From Nitrospirota bacterium (GTDB lineage Bacteria; JACPQY01): a stretch of DNA of 57,046 bases. The notes below the pieces were generated by a model. The model was not told the DNA's origin. It saw only the letters and a program-made list of their open reading frames with translations, and did no database searches. This document shows, one piece after another, positions 26,888 through 36,844 of the stretch (positions within the stretch are counted from its first letter, which is position 1; the number at the start of each line of letters is the position of its first letter). The stretch covers positions 1 to 57,046 of the forward strand of contig JACPAV010000027.1 in NCBI GenBank assembly GCA_016180645.1, in the 5' to 3' direction. Position numbers and translations under genes: made by a program.

Positions 26888-27790
26888 ATGAGAATCGGTA
26901 TTGATCTCGGTGGGACGAAGATCGAAGCCATCGCGCTCGGGGGAGGAGGCGAGACTTTGGACCGCCGCCGCATCCCCACACCTCGAAATGACTACGCAGG
27001 CACCGTTCGCGCGGTTGTTGAACTCGTCCAAGGGATCGAATCGCAAGTGGGAGCAACCGGAACGGTGGGCGTTGGGATTCCCGGAATCGTGTCGCCGGCG
27101 ACGGGTCTCGTGAAGAATGCCAACTCCACGTGGCTGATCGGCCACCCGTTGGACCGGGATCTGTCCGACAGGCTCGATCGCCCCGTCCGACTGGAAAACG
27201 ACGCGAACTGCTTCGCCTTGTCCGAGGCGACCGACGGCGCGGGGGCGGGAGCGGCGGTGGTATTCGGTGTCATCTTGGGAACCGGGGTGGGCGGGGGAAT
27301 TGTGGTCGACGGCCGTGTGATTTCCGGTGCGAACGCGATCGCCGGGGAATGGGGCCATAATCCCCTGCCCGCACCCCGGGACGACGAGCGGCCCGGCCCG
27401 CCCTGCTACTGCGGCCGCAATGGCTGCATTGAGACGTTTCTCAGCGGTCCAGCCCTGGAGAATCAATATGCGGAGCGGTCCGGCGCTCACCTCAAGGCGG
27501 ACGAAATAGCCGCACTGGCGATGTCCGGGAACTCCGGCGCGGTTCCGGTCCTCTCCCGATATGCCGAACGCCTGAGCCGCGCCCTTGCCGGCGTGATCAA
27601 CATCGTCGACCCCCACGTCATCGTCCTGGGCGGCGGCGTTTCCAACATCGAGTCGCTTTGCGACGGCGTTCCCCGTCTTTGGGCTTCCCATGTGTTCTCC
27701 GATCACGTCAATACGAAGCTCCGGCGCGCCGTCCACGGCGACTCCAGCGGCGTGCGCGGCGCCGCCTGGCTCTGGCCCGCCTCCCGCTGA
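26888..27790 (+). CDS. ROK family sugar kinase (Mak/fructokinase-like)
   Basis: GIDLGGTK, ENDANC, GTGVGGG, GEWGH, CYCGRNGCIE. Confidence 0.92.
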   Translation: MRIGIDLGGTKIEAIALGGGGETLDRRRIPTPRNDYAGTVRAVVELVQGIESQVGATGTVGVGIPGIVSPATGLVKNANSTWLIGHPLDRDLSDRLDRPVRLENDANCFALSEATDGAGAGAAVVFGVILGTGVGGGIVVDGRVISGANAIAGEWGHNPLPAPRDDERPGPPCYCGRNGCIETFLSGPALENQYAERSGAHLKADEIAALAMSGNSGAVPVLSRYAERLSRALAGVINIVDPHVIVLGGGVSNIESLCDGVPRLWASHVFSDHVNTKLRRAVHGDSSGVRGAAWLWPASR

Positions 27791-27825
27791 CATCCGGGCT
27801 GCCACCGGGGGATCGCCCGAGTCGC

Positions 27826-27878
27826 TTGACACGCGCGAATTCGAACCTTAGGATTAAACGGAATATGTATTCCGTTTA
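27826..27878 (+). promoter_or_regulatory. Sigma70 promoter and palindromic TetR operator
   Basis: TTGACA-17 nt-TAGGAT followed by TAAACGGAATA-TG-TATTCCGTTTA (27855-27878). Confidence 0.8.
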
Positions 27879-27895
27879 TATCGCCGGGCGCCCTC

Positions 27896-28594
27896 ATGGG
27901 TCGTAGAACCGCCAAGCAGTTGGCCGACAGCCGGCGGAACATCGTGGCCGCCGCCGAACGCCTGTTTGCCGGAAAGGGATTTGCCCGCACACAAGTCGCT
28001 GAGATCGCGCGGGCCGCCGGCGTCGGGATCGGGGCGTTTTACCGTCAGTTCTCCGGCAAGGAAGAACTGCTGAGCCTGATCCTCAGCGGACTCTTCACCG
28101 ACATTCGCGCAAGGGTGAAGGCCATGCGGGCCGACATCGTTCAGCAAACGCCGCTCGAACAATGGAGGGTAATCCAACAAACCTTCGAAATCGTTTTCGA
28201 CGTCTTCGCCTCCCACCCCAAGGTCACCCTCACGATGCTTCGCTCAGGCTACGGGATGTCCACCAAGGTCGAACAGATGGTTTGGAAATCCCTCAACCAA
28301 CTGGCGGACGACGTGGCCGCGGATGTCGTGAAAGCGCGAGGCGCGGGTCTGCTGGAGATTTCAACGCCCAGATATGTCGGCGATGTCATCGTCGGCATGG
28401 TCCTTCATCTCTCGCACCGGATGCTGGTGGACCGGGCCTTCACGGCCGCCGAGGCTGCCCGATTCTGTACCCGCTTCACGGTGGGCGGACTCCTCGGCTT
28501 TGCCCCACCCGCCGCTTTCCAGCGAATCGCGCCCATCGTGCTCGAATTGAATGCCTGCGAGAGGCAAAGGAGGCAGAGATCTTGGCAGCCATAA
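27896..28594 (+). CDS. TetR/AcrR family regulator
   Basis: AAERLFAGKGF..VAEIARAAGVGIGAFYRQFSGKEEL HTH. Confidence 0.92.
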   Translation: MGRRTAKQLADSRRNIVAAAERLFAGKGFARTQVAEIARAAGVGIGAFYRQFSGKEELLSLILSGLFTDIRARVKAMRADIVQQTPLEQWRVIQQTFEIVFDVFASHPKVTLTMLRSGYGMSTKVEQMVWKSLNQLADDVAADVVKARGAGLLEISTPRYVGDVIVGMVLHLSHRMLVDRAFTAAEAARFCTRFTVGGLLGFAPPAAFQRIAPIVLELNACERQRRQRSWQP

Positions 28595-29074
28595 CGTTCG
28601 ACTCCGTTTCCGATGGAGACCCGCTCCCAACCGTCCAGTACACCGTCAGTCAGGAGACCTTCTGGAAGTTTGCCGTCGCCTCCTTCGACTATAATCCGGT
28701 TCACTGCGACCCGCAGTGGGTCAAAACCGCCCGGCCCTTCACACTCGACACGACGGTGGGACACGGAATGATGACCGCAGCCTTTATGTCGTCCGTCCTT
28801 ACGCGCTGGATGCTCCCGAAGGTCCTCAAGATCCGAGTCGGCCTGGCCGAGTACGAAGTCGTCTTTCCCGATTGAAGTCGGTGAGACGATCCATATCAGG
28901 ATGAAACCGCACGATCGATTCATCAAGCGGGGCAAATACCACCTCCAATACAAGGTGGATTTGTACAACCAGGACAACGTCCTAAAGGTGGAAACGGTTA
29001 CCACCCTCATCCTTCCCAGGGACAGGGAGAGCATCCGGAAATTCCTCAAGGGTGAACGAGGTCTCGATGACTGA
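28582..29074 (+). pseudogene. MaoC-like hot-dog dehydratase, frameshifted near 28867
   Basis: AAGGAGG RBS + TTG; DYNPVH and GHGM motifs; frame stops at 28875 but +1 frame continues PIEVGETI...YNQDN to TGA 29074. Confidence 0.75.
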
Positions 29075-30194
29075 TCGCTCCACCCGGCTATCGGCTGCCA
29101 ATGGAGCCCCCAGGTCGGTTCACCCCAGACCCGCGAAGGGAAATTGGCTGATTTACGGCGCCAACGGCTTCACCGGGGGAATGATCGCCCGTCGCGCCGC
29201 GAAGGAGGGACTTGCCCCCACCCTCGCAGGACGGAATTCCGTGGCGCTACAGACCCTGGCTTCCGAACTGGGCCTCGAATGGCGCGCGTTCGATCTTTCC
29301 GATTCTCAAACGATCCGGCGGGCTCTTGCGGATTGCCGTCTCGTCCTGCACTGCGCAGGGCCCTTCAACCAGACCTGCAAGCCGGTGTGCGATGCGGCGA
29401 TTCAGAGCCGATGCCACTACCTCGATATTACCGGCGAAATGTCCGTCTTTGAGTATCTGCGTACTCAATCGGACGCCGCGGCTCGCGCCGGCGTCATGCT
29501 TCTGCCGGGCGTCGGGTTCGATGTCGTCCCCACCGATTGCCTGGCCGGCCGCCTGAAGCGGGAAATGCCCGATGCGGTCCGTCTTGAATTGGCTTTTGTG
29601 GGTCCGAACAAAGCGGCCTCGGGATCCGTCAAAACGGCATTGCACCAACTACCGTACGGCTCGCAAGTCCGGGAGAATGGGCAAGTCAAGACGATCCCCC
29701 ATTTCAGCCGGAAGCGCACGATCCACGTTGCAGGCGTCGATTACATCGTCTACTCCATCCCCTGGGGGGACATCGTCACCGCGTTTCATTCAACGGCAAT
29801 CCCCAACATCATGGTCTACACCGGATTCCCGAAAGCTCAGGAACTTGCACTGAAATGGTCTCTGCCCCTTGCCAGGGTGCTCAGAAACAAGACCGCGATG
29901 AAAGTCGCGGAGTCCGTCGTGAAGTTGATCGTTCCCGCTCCGAGCGCCGACTATTTCGCGCATGCGCGCTGCCAAATCTGGGGTGAAGTGCGAAATGCGA
30001 CGGGACGCGACATCAGCGCATCGATCGAAACGCCGGACACGTATTCCCTGACGGTCTCCACCGCCGTCCTTTGCGCCAAGAGGGTTCTGGAGGGTTCAAT
30101 CAAGCCGGGATTTCAGACTCCATCCCTTGTGTTCGGCCCGGAATTCATTTTCGAAGTGGGCGGCACCGTCAAGGTGGACTACTTCGGGGAATAG
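29067..30194 (+). CDS. Saccharopine dehydrogenase-like oxidoreductase
   Basis: IYGANGFTG, HCAGPF, YLDITGE, GFDVVPTD, GFQTPS. Confidence 0.88.
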   Translation: MTDRSTRLSAANGAPRSVHPRPAKGNWLIYGANGFTGGMIARRAAKEGLAPTLAGRNSVALQTLASELGLEWRAFDLSDSQTIRRALADCRLVLHCAGPFNQTCKPVCDAAIQSRCHYLDITGEMSVFEYLRTQSDAAARAGVMLLPGVGFDVVPTDCLAGRLKREMPDAVRLELAFVGPNKAASGSVKTALHQLPYGSQVRENGQVKTIPHFSRKRTIHVAGVDYIVYSIPWGDIVTAFHSTAIPNIMVYTGFPKAQELALKWSLPLARVLRNKTAMKVAESVVKLIVPAPSADYFAHARCQIWGEVRNATGRDISASIETPDTYSLTVSTAVLCAKRVLEGSIKPGFQTPSLVFGPEFIFEVGGTVKVDYFGE

Positions 30195-30198
30195 ATCG

Positions 30199-30990
30199 GT
30201 GGCCCGGCACAGTTTCAACGGCTACTTCGACGGGAAGGTGGTTCTCATCACGGGAGCCACCGGAGGTCTCGGATCGGAAGTGGTCCGGCAGCTCGTCCAA
30301 ACCCAGGCGAGAATGATTCTGTCGGACAAGGGACCTGATCCACAGTACCGGAACGCGCGAGTCCTGGCCTATTTCCCCGCCAACCTGGCCTCACGCGAGG
30401 GCTGCGAGGCGTTGGTTCAAAGCTGCCGCTCCGTCTCACCCGTCATCGACATTCTCTTCAACAACGCCGGCCTGGCATCGGTGGGATTTTTCGTAGACGT
30501 CCCCGACGATAGGTGGGAGGAACAGATCAAGGTGAATCTCATCGCACCGATGATGCTCACGAAGTTGATGCTTCCGGACATGATCGCAAGGAGATCCGGC
30601 CATGTTGTGAATATCTCGTCCGTCGGCGGGCACGTGGGGTTGCCCAAGACGGCCACCTACGCCGCGACCAAGTTCGGCTTGAGAGGATTCGGAACGGCCC
30701 TCCACGGGGAAGTCGACCCACACAACATTGTCGTCAGCAATGTTTACCCGACTTTTACCCGGACACCGATCTTGAATTCCGATCGGTTCGGCTACACCCA
30801 GTCAAAGGACATGCCTGCGTACTTGATTGACGACCCCGAAAAAGTCGTTCGTGCCATTCTCAACGGTATTTCGAGGAAAAAGGTTCACATCTTTCCGAGC
30901 GGCCGCGCCAAAGCTATTGGCCTGCTGGCCCGGATCTCTCCGAACTTCACCGCCTTTCTCACGCGGCGACTGGCCAAGCAGGTAGACTGA
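30199..30990 (+). CDS. SDR family oxidoreductase
   Basis: TGATGGLG, NNAG, YAATK. Confidence 0.92.
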   Translation: MARHSFNGYFDGKVVLITGATGGLGSEVVRQLVQTQARMILSDKGPDPQYRNARVLAYFPANLASREGCEALVQSCRSVSPVIDILFNNAGLASVGFFVDVPDDRWEEQIKVNLIAPMMLTKLMLPDMIARRSGHVVNISSVGGHVGLPKTATYAATKFGLRGFGTALHGEVDPHNIVVSNVYPTFTRTPILNSDRFGYTQSKDMPAYLIDDPEKVVRAILNGISRKKVHIFPSGRAKAIGLLARISPNFTAFLTRRLAKQVD

Positions 30991-31038
30991 CACCGAAAGC
31001 TGCCACCCGCGAAGGGATCGCCGCAAAAGCGGGGATTT

Positions 31039-31077
31039 GGTAGCCGCAGGCTTCAGCCTGCGTCCGAAGACGCACCC
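31039..31077. repeat. GTAG-family REP-like palindrome between convergent genes
   Basis: GGTAGCCGCAGGC-TTCA-GCCTGCGTCCGAAGACGCACCC. Confidence 0.75.
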
Positions 31078-31089
31078 GTTTGCCCAGGC

Positions 31090-32748
31090 TCACCCCGGAG
31101 CAGGGTACGCCGGCAGGGTGGAGAGCCTCGTGTCTTCCACCGCACCTCCCACGGTGAAGTGATAAAGCGTTTGGAACCGGCACCCCTCGACCCCGATCAA
31201 CTCGTGCAGCGAATCGTCGAAAAAGCATCCAATCCCGGTGGCCTGTACCCCCGCCGCCTCGGCCTCGAGATAGAGGACCTGACCGATCGCGCCGGCCTCC
31301 CAGTGGAGCCGCCGATAGAACCAAGCCCCCCTCTCCCGCAATGGTTTTTCAAACTCCGCCAACATGGCGACCGCGAATGCGCCATCCGACGCGATGTCCT
31401 GTCCACAGCTCACCGCGGCCGCGTCACTCCGAACGTCTCCCTCTTCTAGAAGGTAGAGCGGCATTTCCACCGGAGAGCCTGCGGCCTTCGTCCATCGGAA
31501 TCCATCGGACATGGATTCCTTCAGCACCTTGAGACGAGCGGGATCGCGGACCAGACAATAGAGGCCGGACGGCAGACCCTCCACGCGGTGCACGAAGAGA
31601 ACCAGATCGATGGCGGGTGGCCAAGGCATCATATCCCACGGCGCCCGATCCCCCATCGGGAGCACACGGTGGAGGACCAGAAAGAACTCTTCCGCCGTGA
31701 GTCTCGTGGAACCATCCATCGCAACGGCACTCCGGCGACGGCGAATCACCTCCGCCGCACTGAGATTCCGGTTCGGAGACAGGCCGGGAAGCGGGCGGCG
31801 CACCCCGGGTTTCGGTCGGCCCGCCGGATGTCGGACGGCGCATGCCGCGGTCACGCCGTCGATGACGGGCCACGGATGGTGCTCCGTGCTCAGTCGGTTT
31901 GCGCGCCCGAACCATTGAGCGGCACCGTCGTGCCGAAGAACTTCCAAGGCCGTCCCCTTCGCAACCGTCGCCGACGGCTCAGAGGTCGATATCCGCGCCA
32001 ACACGGCTGGTTCTTCTCTCTCGGCGGGATCGAACTCATCTGAACGGTCCAGTCCCAGAAGTCTGGAAAGCACCGCATCGTCGATCGAATCGTCCAGCAC
32101 CATCGACCAACCTTGCAGGGCAGCCGAGATTCGAACGGCCGCGATCGCATGACCCATGTCGTGCTGGCAGTATCGGTAGGCCCTTTCGCCGTACTTCCAC
32201 GCCTCCCTCCAATGAATCGAGGTGAGGCCGACCCAGATACTGTCTACACCCGGTCCGTTGGAAGGCAGCGGGAATTCGATCGGCCATTCGCACCGAAGCT
32301 CCAACGCGTGGACCTCCGGGGCGTAGTGATATAAGGCCGTCCGCCCGGTGGGTCCGTCAACCCGACTGGAGAGGATGTAAGCCTCTGTCGGATGAAGATT
32401 GCCGCTGGAAGGATTGACGCGGAGTGCCCAGGTGGATCCTTTGAACGATTTCCACGCCGAGAGCGCCAGGGAGAAGTAGAACAACTCGGAGATCGTTTCG
32501 AGGGTCAGTCTCTTCGGCGAAAACCGTTTTCCAGAAAAGAGGTCATCATACGCAGGCGAGCGGTTCGCGTCCGGTATGGGCAACCTGATGAGCGAACTCC
32601 CCTCATACCTCCGGAACGGGTTTGGCTGTGTGTCCCAATCCAAGTAACCCAGCGAGGCCGCGTGGCGATGGGGAAAATGCTTCGTCCGCTCGTGATAGGC
32701 GAACACCTCATCGAGCGCATCCGGGTTCGGCCTCACCGAGGTCTCCAT
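31090..32748 (-). CDS. SagB/ThcOx-like nitroreductase family protein (two domains)
   Basis: YHERTKH, LRVNPSSGNLHPTE, WREAWKYGERAYRY, RRRRSA, GIGCFFDD. Confidence 0.88.
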   Translation of the reverse strand: METSVRPNPDALDEVFAYHERTKHFPHRHAASLGYLDWDTQPNPFRRYEGSSLIRLPIPDANRSPAYDDLFSGKRFSPKRLTLETISELFYFSLALSAWKSFKGSTWALRVNPSSGNLHPTEAYILSSRVDGPTGRTALYHYAPEVHALELRCEWPIEFPLPSNGPGVDSIWVGLTSIHWREAWKYGERAYRYCQHDMGHAIAAVRISAALQGWSMVLDDSIDDAVLSRLLGLDRSDEFDPAEREEPAVLARISTSEPSATVAKGTALEVLRHDGAAQWFGRANRLSTEHHPWPVIDGVTAACAVRHPAGRPKPGVRRPLPGLSPNRNLSAAEVIRRRRSAVAMDGSTRLTAEEFFLVLHRVLPMGDRAPWDMMPWPPAIDLVLFVHRVEGLPSGLYCLVRDPARLKVLKESMSDGFRWTKAAGSPVEMPLYLLEEGDVRSDAAAVSCGQDIASDGAFAVAMLAEFEKPLRERGAWFYRRLHWEAGAIGQVLYLEAEAAGVQATGIGCFFDDSLHELIGVEGCRFQTLYHFTVGGAVEDTRLSTLPAYPAPG

Positions 32749-32765
32749 CCGCCGGAGAAGGACTT

Positions 32766-33677
32766 CTACTCCACCTCGGAGCAGAATGGTTCTGAATCGC
32801 GGGGACGGGTGGGAAAGGAGACGCTTTCCAGTTCTTCCACCCAGATCAGTCGGCCCTCTTCGTAGCCCGCGCTCCGAATCCGCCCAGCCCCTCTCGCAAA
32901 CACCTCTTCGAATTCCGCTTCCTGGCTCGACCATCCATAGGGCTTCGACCGGCGCACAAGCGCTCCGGAAAACTCCCCTGCCCGGACTTTCACCGGCGCA
33001 GAGGCTGGCAGCACCTGGTAGCGCCACGCCACCTGCGAACCTGGCAGAAACAAGTCGGCCAGCACCGACCGATAGGCATGGGGGTAGACGCCCCCGCTGA
33101 CGGAATCCGTGAGCCAGCATCCGCTGCCGGTCCACGAGGTCGCTTCAATAGCAGACCCAGGTAGGTACGGTTCCAGACTCTGACACGTCACGGCGCGATT
33201 TCCGATCTCCATCGAATCAAAGAAGGTGAAACCCGAACGGCCGTCCACAAGATAGCTTGCGAGCGCGTCCATTCCCTCCCCACTCCGCGTTATCCAAGTT
33301 CGCACGGCCGGTCCCTCTTCCACTCTGAGTTTGGCCACCCACTCCACCGCCTGCGTGTCGGCCCTCCCGCTGAAATAGCGTCGGCGATATCGGCGTATCG
33401 TGCCGGCGGGGGCCAAGGTAAAGTCTCCGCCGAACTTTGATCGAGGGCAGTAGACACGCTGATACACCCACCTTTGGAATGCCATCTCGCAATGATCGGT
33501 AGGATCGCCTCCACGGACGTTTTCAAAACATCGCCGGACCCCCGCGAGAACTCGGTAGGCTGAGTGGCCCTCTGAGGTCGTCCCCGCGGCCCACCCGGCT
33601 CCGGCCGCAAGCAACCCGAGAATGCCCAACCCTCCGGAAAATAATCGTCCGATCACAGTTCTCCCAATGATGCCCAT
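32766..33677 (-). CDS. Hypothetical secreted protein
   Basis: Signal peptide; V.V.AGEF and FARGAG.I beta-rich C-terminus. Confidence 0.6.
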   Translation of the reverse strand: MGIIGRTVIGRLFSGGLGILGLLAAGAGWAAGTTSEGHSAYRVLAGVRRCFENVRGGDPTDHCEMAFQRWVYQRVYCPRSKFGGDFTLAPAGTIRRYRRRYFSGRADTQAVEWVAKLRVEEGPAVRTWITRSGEGMDALASYLVDGRSGFTFFDSMEIGNRAVTCQSLEPYLPGSAIEATSWTGSGCWLTDSVSGGVYPHAYRSVLADLFLPGSQVAWRYQVLPASAPVKVRAGEFSGALVRRSKPYGWSSQEAEFEEVFARGAGRIRSAGYEEGRLIWVEELESVSFPTRPRDSEPFCSEVE

Positions 33678-33759
33678 CGCCGCCTCTAAGAGGCATTCTA
33701 CCGCACGGTGCCGACAATCGCACCACGCCCCGGCGAACTCTCCATGGTAGACTCCCGCG

Positions 33760-34659
33760 ATGGATCAGCCCGTATTCGACATAGCCGCATGGGGCAGGAG
33801 AGGCAAGCGCCTTCACACTCCTTGGGGGGGCGTTTTCGGGCTGGACGAAGGCCGCCGGGATCTTCCAATCCTCGCCATCCTCCACGGGTTCCCTACGTCT
33901 TCGTACGACTTCCACCGTGTGTTGCTGTCCCTGGCCGAGCGGTTTCGCGTGGTGATTCACGATCACCTTGGTTTCGGACTTTCCGACAAACCCGCCGATT
34001 TCGGCTACTCGCTCATGGAACAGGCGGACGTCGCCCTCTGTGTCTGGAGGAGTCTGGGCCTCAAGCGGGTCCATCTCCTAGCGCACGACTACGGCACGAG
34101 CGTGGCCACGGAGCTTCTCGCCAGGCGTGAAGCCGGTCTACTGCCCATCGAGATCGATTCCGTAACTCTCTGCAACGGAAGCGTGCATATCGAACTGGCC
34201 CATCTCACCTGGGCACAGAAAGCGCTCCGGAGTCCCCGCATCGGGCCGCTGTTTGCACGGCTCGGCAGCACACGGGTGTTCAGATCCCAGATGCGGCGGA
34301 TTTGGGGCGACCCCTCCAAAGTGGAAAAGGGGGACATCGATGCCATGTGGTCGCTTGTTTCGCTCAACCAGGGACGAAGACGCCTCCCCCAGATTTCACG
34401 CTATATCGATGAGCGATTCCGATTCCATCGCCGATGGATCGGCGCCTTGGAGCGGCTCAATCTCCCTGCGCACATCTTGTGGGGAAGGCGAGATCCGATC
34501 GCGGTTCCGGCCATCGCGGAAAAACTGGCTGGGGAGATCCGCGGGGCGCGCCTCACATGGCTGGAGGCGCTTGGGCACTACCCGATGCTGGAATCGCCCC
34601 CCGAGTGGTCCGCGGCAGCGCTTGAGTTCCTGCTCAGCGTGCCTGGCCGGCGAGGATGA
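33760..34659 (+). CDS. Alpha/beta hydrolase (epoxide hydrolase/MEST-like)
   Basis: HGFPTSS, GFGLSDKP, AHDYG (Asp nucleophile), GHYP. Confidence 0.9.
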   Translation: MDQPVFDIAAWGRRGKRLHTPWGGVFGLDEGRRDLPILAILHGFPTSSYDFHRVLLSLAERFRVVIHDHLGFGLSDKPADFGYSLMEQADVALCVWRSLGLKRVHLLAHDYGTSVATELLARREAGLLPIEIDSVTLCNGSVHIELAHLTWAQKALRSPRIGPLFARLGSTRVFRSQMRRIWGDPSKVEKGDIDAMWSLVSLNQGRRRLPQISRYIDERFRFHRRWIGALERLNLPAHILWGRRDPIAVPAIAEKLAGEIRGARLTWLEALGHYPMLESPPEWSAAALEFLLSVPGRRG

Positions 34660-35359
34660 GGCCGGGCGTGCCGTCGATTCGACGCGCCTCCGTCTTCACC
34701 AAGGGCAACTCGGATAGTAGCTTCCGCGCGTCGTCCAGATCCAGTCCCAACCCGGCAACGTAGGTCCGGAAAAACGACAGCGCCGGTGTTTTCAGGATCG
34801 ATGGGATCCGCCAGGCGTTCACAAATCGGCGGGCGTCGTCGAGTCGGCACCCCCGATCCGCTTCCATCACCAACAAGTATCCCCCCGGTTTCAACACCCG
34901 CACACACTCTTTCAACCCCTTCAACGGGTCCGGCCAGTGCTTGATCGATGCCGAACTGAATACGCCATCGAAAGTCCTCCGCGGGAACGGCAACTCGAGC
35001 GCCGAGGCCCTCAGTCCCCGGAAACGCGGGTTCAGCCGCTTTGTTCGCTCCCGCGCTCTTCTGACCTGCGAAAAAGCCAGGTCCAAGCCGGTCACTCGAA
35101 GCGACGGAAATCGCTTCAGAACGTCCGAAGCCATCTGGCCGCCCCCACAACCCACTTCGAGCACATGGCCCGAGCCGGGAATACGATCCTCGAAAAGGCG
35201 GATCATCTCCCGCATAAGATCCAGAACAGCCGGGGCGACGAGGTGATCGTATCCCCAAGCCTCAACGGCGCTGTAAGGAGCGGTGATGTCGAATCGTCTG
35301 CCTTCAAGCACGGCAGGAGTATTGCACCCACGGCAGGACCCCACAAGGCCCAGCGACAT
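34634..35359 (-). CDS. Class I SAM-dependent methyltransferase
   Basis: VLEVGCGGG, LPF..FD, RVLKPGG. Confidence 0.88.
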   Translation of the reverse strand: MSLGLVGSCRGCNTPAVLEGRRFDITAPYSAVEAWGYDHLVAPAVLDLMREMIRLFEDRIPGSGHVLEVGCGGGQMASDVLKRFPSLRVTGLDLAFSQVRRARERTKRLNPRFRGLRASALELPFPRRTFDGVFSSASIKHWPDPLKGLKECVRVLKPGGYLLVMEADRGCRLDDARRFVNAWRIPSILKTPALSFFRTYVAGLGLDLDDARKLLSELPLVKTEARRIDGTPGLILAGQAR

Positions 35360-35375
35360 TCCCAACTGGAGTCCT

Positions 35376-35400
35376 GGTAGCCGCGGACTTCAGTCCGCGT
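35376..35400. repeat. GTAG-family REP-like hairpin
   Basis: GGTAGCCGCGGAC-TTCA-GTCCGCG. Confidence 0.65.
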
Positions 35401-35416
35401 CATCTTCCCAAAGGTT

Positions 35417-36325
35417 CTACTCCGTAATCCTCCCGAATCGGCCGCTGCGGTAGTCGTCGATCGCCTCCCGAATCTCCCTTTCGGTATTCATGACAAATGG
35501 ACCGTACCGCGCCACGGGTTCCTTCAGCGGCACGCCGCCGATGAGCAGACACTCCAAGGGTGATCCCGCATCCGGCGCGCACGCCAGGGACACCTCATCC
35601 CCGTTCGCCCCGAAGATCACCATTTGCCCGTCCTCCGCCGCGCGAGCCGGCTCGCCGAGACGTCCTTCCCCGCGGAAGACCAGGCCGAAGGCGTTGTAAT
35701 TCTCAGGCACGGGTTGCGAGATCTTCGCTCCCGGCAACAAAGTGAAATGCAGATAGAGGATCGGCGTCCGCGTCTCAATCACCGCGCGCGCGCCGAGCGA
35801 CTCGCCGGCAATCACTCGCACGGTGGTCCGCCCATCTCCGCTCTTGGCGATGGGTATTTCAGGGGCCGGAATGTCCTGATACCGCGGTTTCATCATCTTG
35901 TCCTTCGCGGGAAGATTCACCCACAATTGGAACCCGTGCATGCGACCCCCCGTTTTCTGGAACGCGGCCGACGGCATTTCGGAGTGGATGACCCCCGATC
36001 CGGCCGTCATCCATTGAACATCACCCGCGGCGAGCTTCCCGGCGTTCCCGGCTGAATCCCGGTGTTCCATTTCTCCGGAAAGGACATACGTCACCGTCTC
36101 GAAACCGCGGTGGGGATGATCGGGCGCCCCCTTCGCTTCACCCGGCCCGAGGTCCGATGGCCCCATCTCATCGAGCAACAGGAATGGATCAAAATGATCC
36201 AGCGTCCTCGTCGGGAACGGCCTCCGGACATCGAATCCCGCGCCTTCCAAGGTGCGAATCCCATCAACGATTCTGGTAATCGACCGGATACCTGTCCTTT
36301 CTTCCACCAAAGACTTGAAACTCAT
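35417..36325 (-). CDS. Pirin family protein
   Basis: DPFLLLD, HPHRGFETVT, WMTAGSGVIHSE, YGPFVMN. Confidence 0.95.
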   Translation of the reverse strand: MSFKSLVEERTGIRSITRIVDGIRTLEGAGFDVRRPFPTRTLDHFDPFLLLDEMGPSDLGPGEAKGAPDHPHRGFETVTYVLSGEMEHRDSAGNAGKLAAGDVQWMTAGSGVIHSEMPSAAFQKTGGRMHGFQLWVNLPAKDKMMKPRYQDIPAPEIPIAKSGDGRTTVRVIAGESLGARAVIETRTPILYLHFTLLPGAKISQPVPENYNAFGLVFRGEGRLGEPARAAEDGQMVIFGANGDEVSLACAPDAGSPLECLLIGGVPLKEPVARYGPFVMNTEREIREAIDDYRSGRFGRITE

Positions 36326-36361
36326 CGAGCTATTGTACACTCGCCCAGTCCACATTCCTCG

Positions 36362-36836
36362 TAGAAGCCTGTCGGATTAGCGGCTCCACTAATTTATTTG
36401 CGATGCCGCCGAAGCGCGCCCGAGCAGTGGCTTTGACGATTCATCCGATTTCCACGTTGTCCAAAGACTTCTACCCCCCCCCGGTTCATGCAGGTGCGGG
36501 CTCCCACCCCCGCAGGTAGAGCTTGAGCAGATTGTGGGTGAGGCGGATCAACCTCCACTCCTGACGAACCTTGCCCAGCCGGCGCAATAGAAATCTCCGG
36601 AACCCACGCTCACCTTCTACGGCGCCACCCCCGTGTTCTCCCTAATCGCCTCCACCATCGACCTCACCTGCTACTTGTCGTTGGCCCCCTGCGTCACCTC
36701 GCAGGCTACCACGGCCTGACTCTCCGAGTCCACCGCCGCCTGCGTGTTGTACGCCTGCTCAAAACTCTTCGTCGCACCGTCCTTCATGATCCGACTCTCG
36801 GGATCGGTAAAATTGTCCTGGTCCTTGTCCTCCGGG
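36362..36836 (-). mobile_element. Degraded IS1182-family transposase fragment with probable right IS end
   Basis: Manual translation: NFTDPESRIMK..QAYNTQAAVD..ND, two in-frame TAG (36671-36673, 36617-36619), an internal deletion, then GFRRFLLR..EW.L..LTHNLLKL to TGA at 36486; CCGACAGGCTTCTA end. Confidence 0.8.
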
Positions 36837-36844
36837 AGAGCCAC

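Noticed and set aside
28162-28581. TetR-overlapping N-terminus of the MaoC ORF
   Set aside because: Alternative frame of tetR; a strong RBS precedes TTG 28582.
31090-32748. RiPP (azole) biosynthetic cluster
   Set aside because: No YcaO or precursor peptide nearby; stand-alone nitroreductase.
32749-33135. N-terminal extension of the nitroreductase
   Set aside because: Overlaps the upstream gene; family similarity begins at METSVR.
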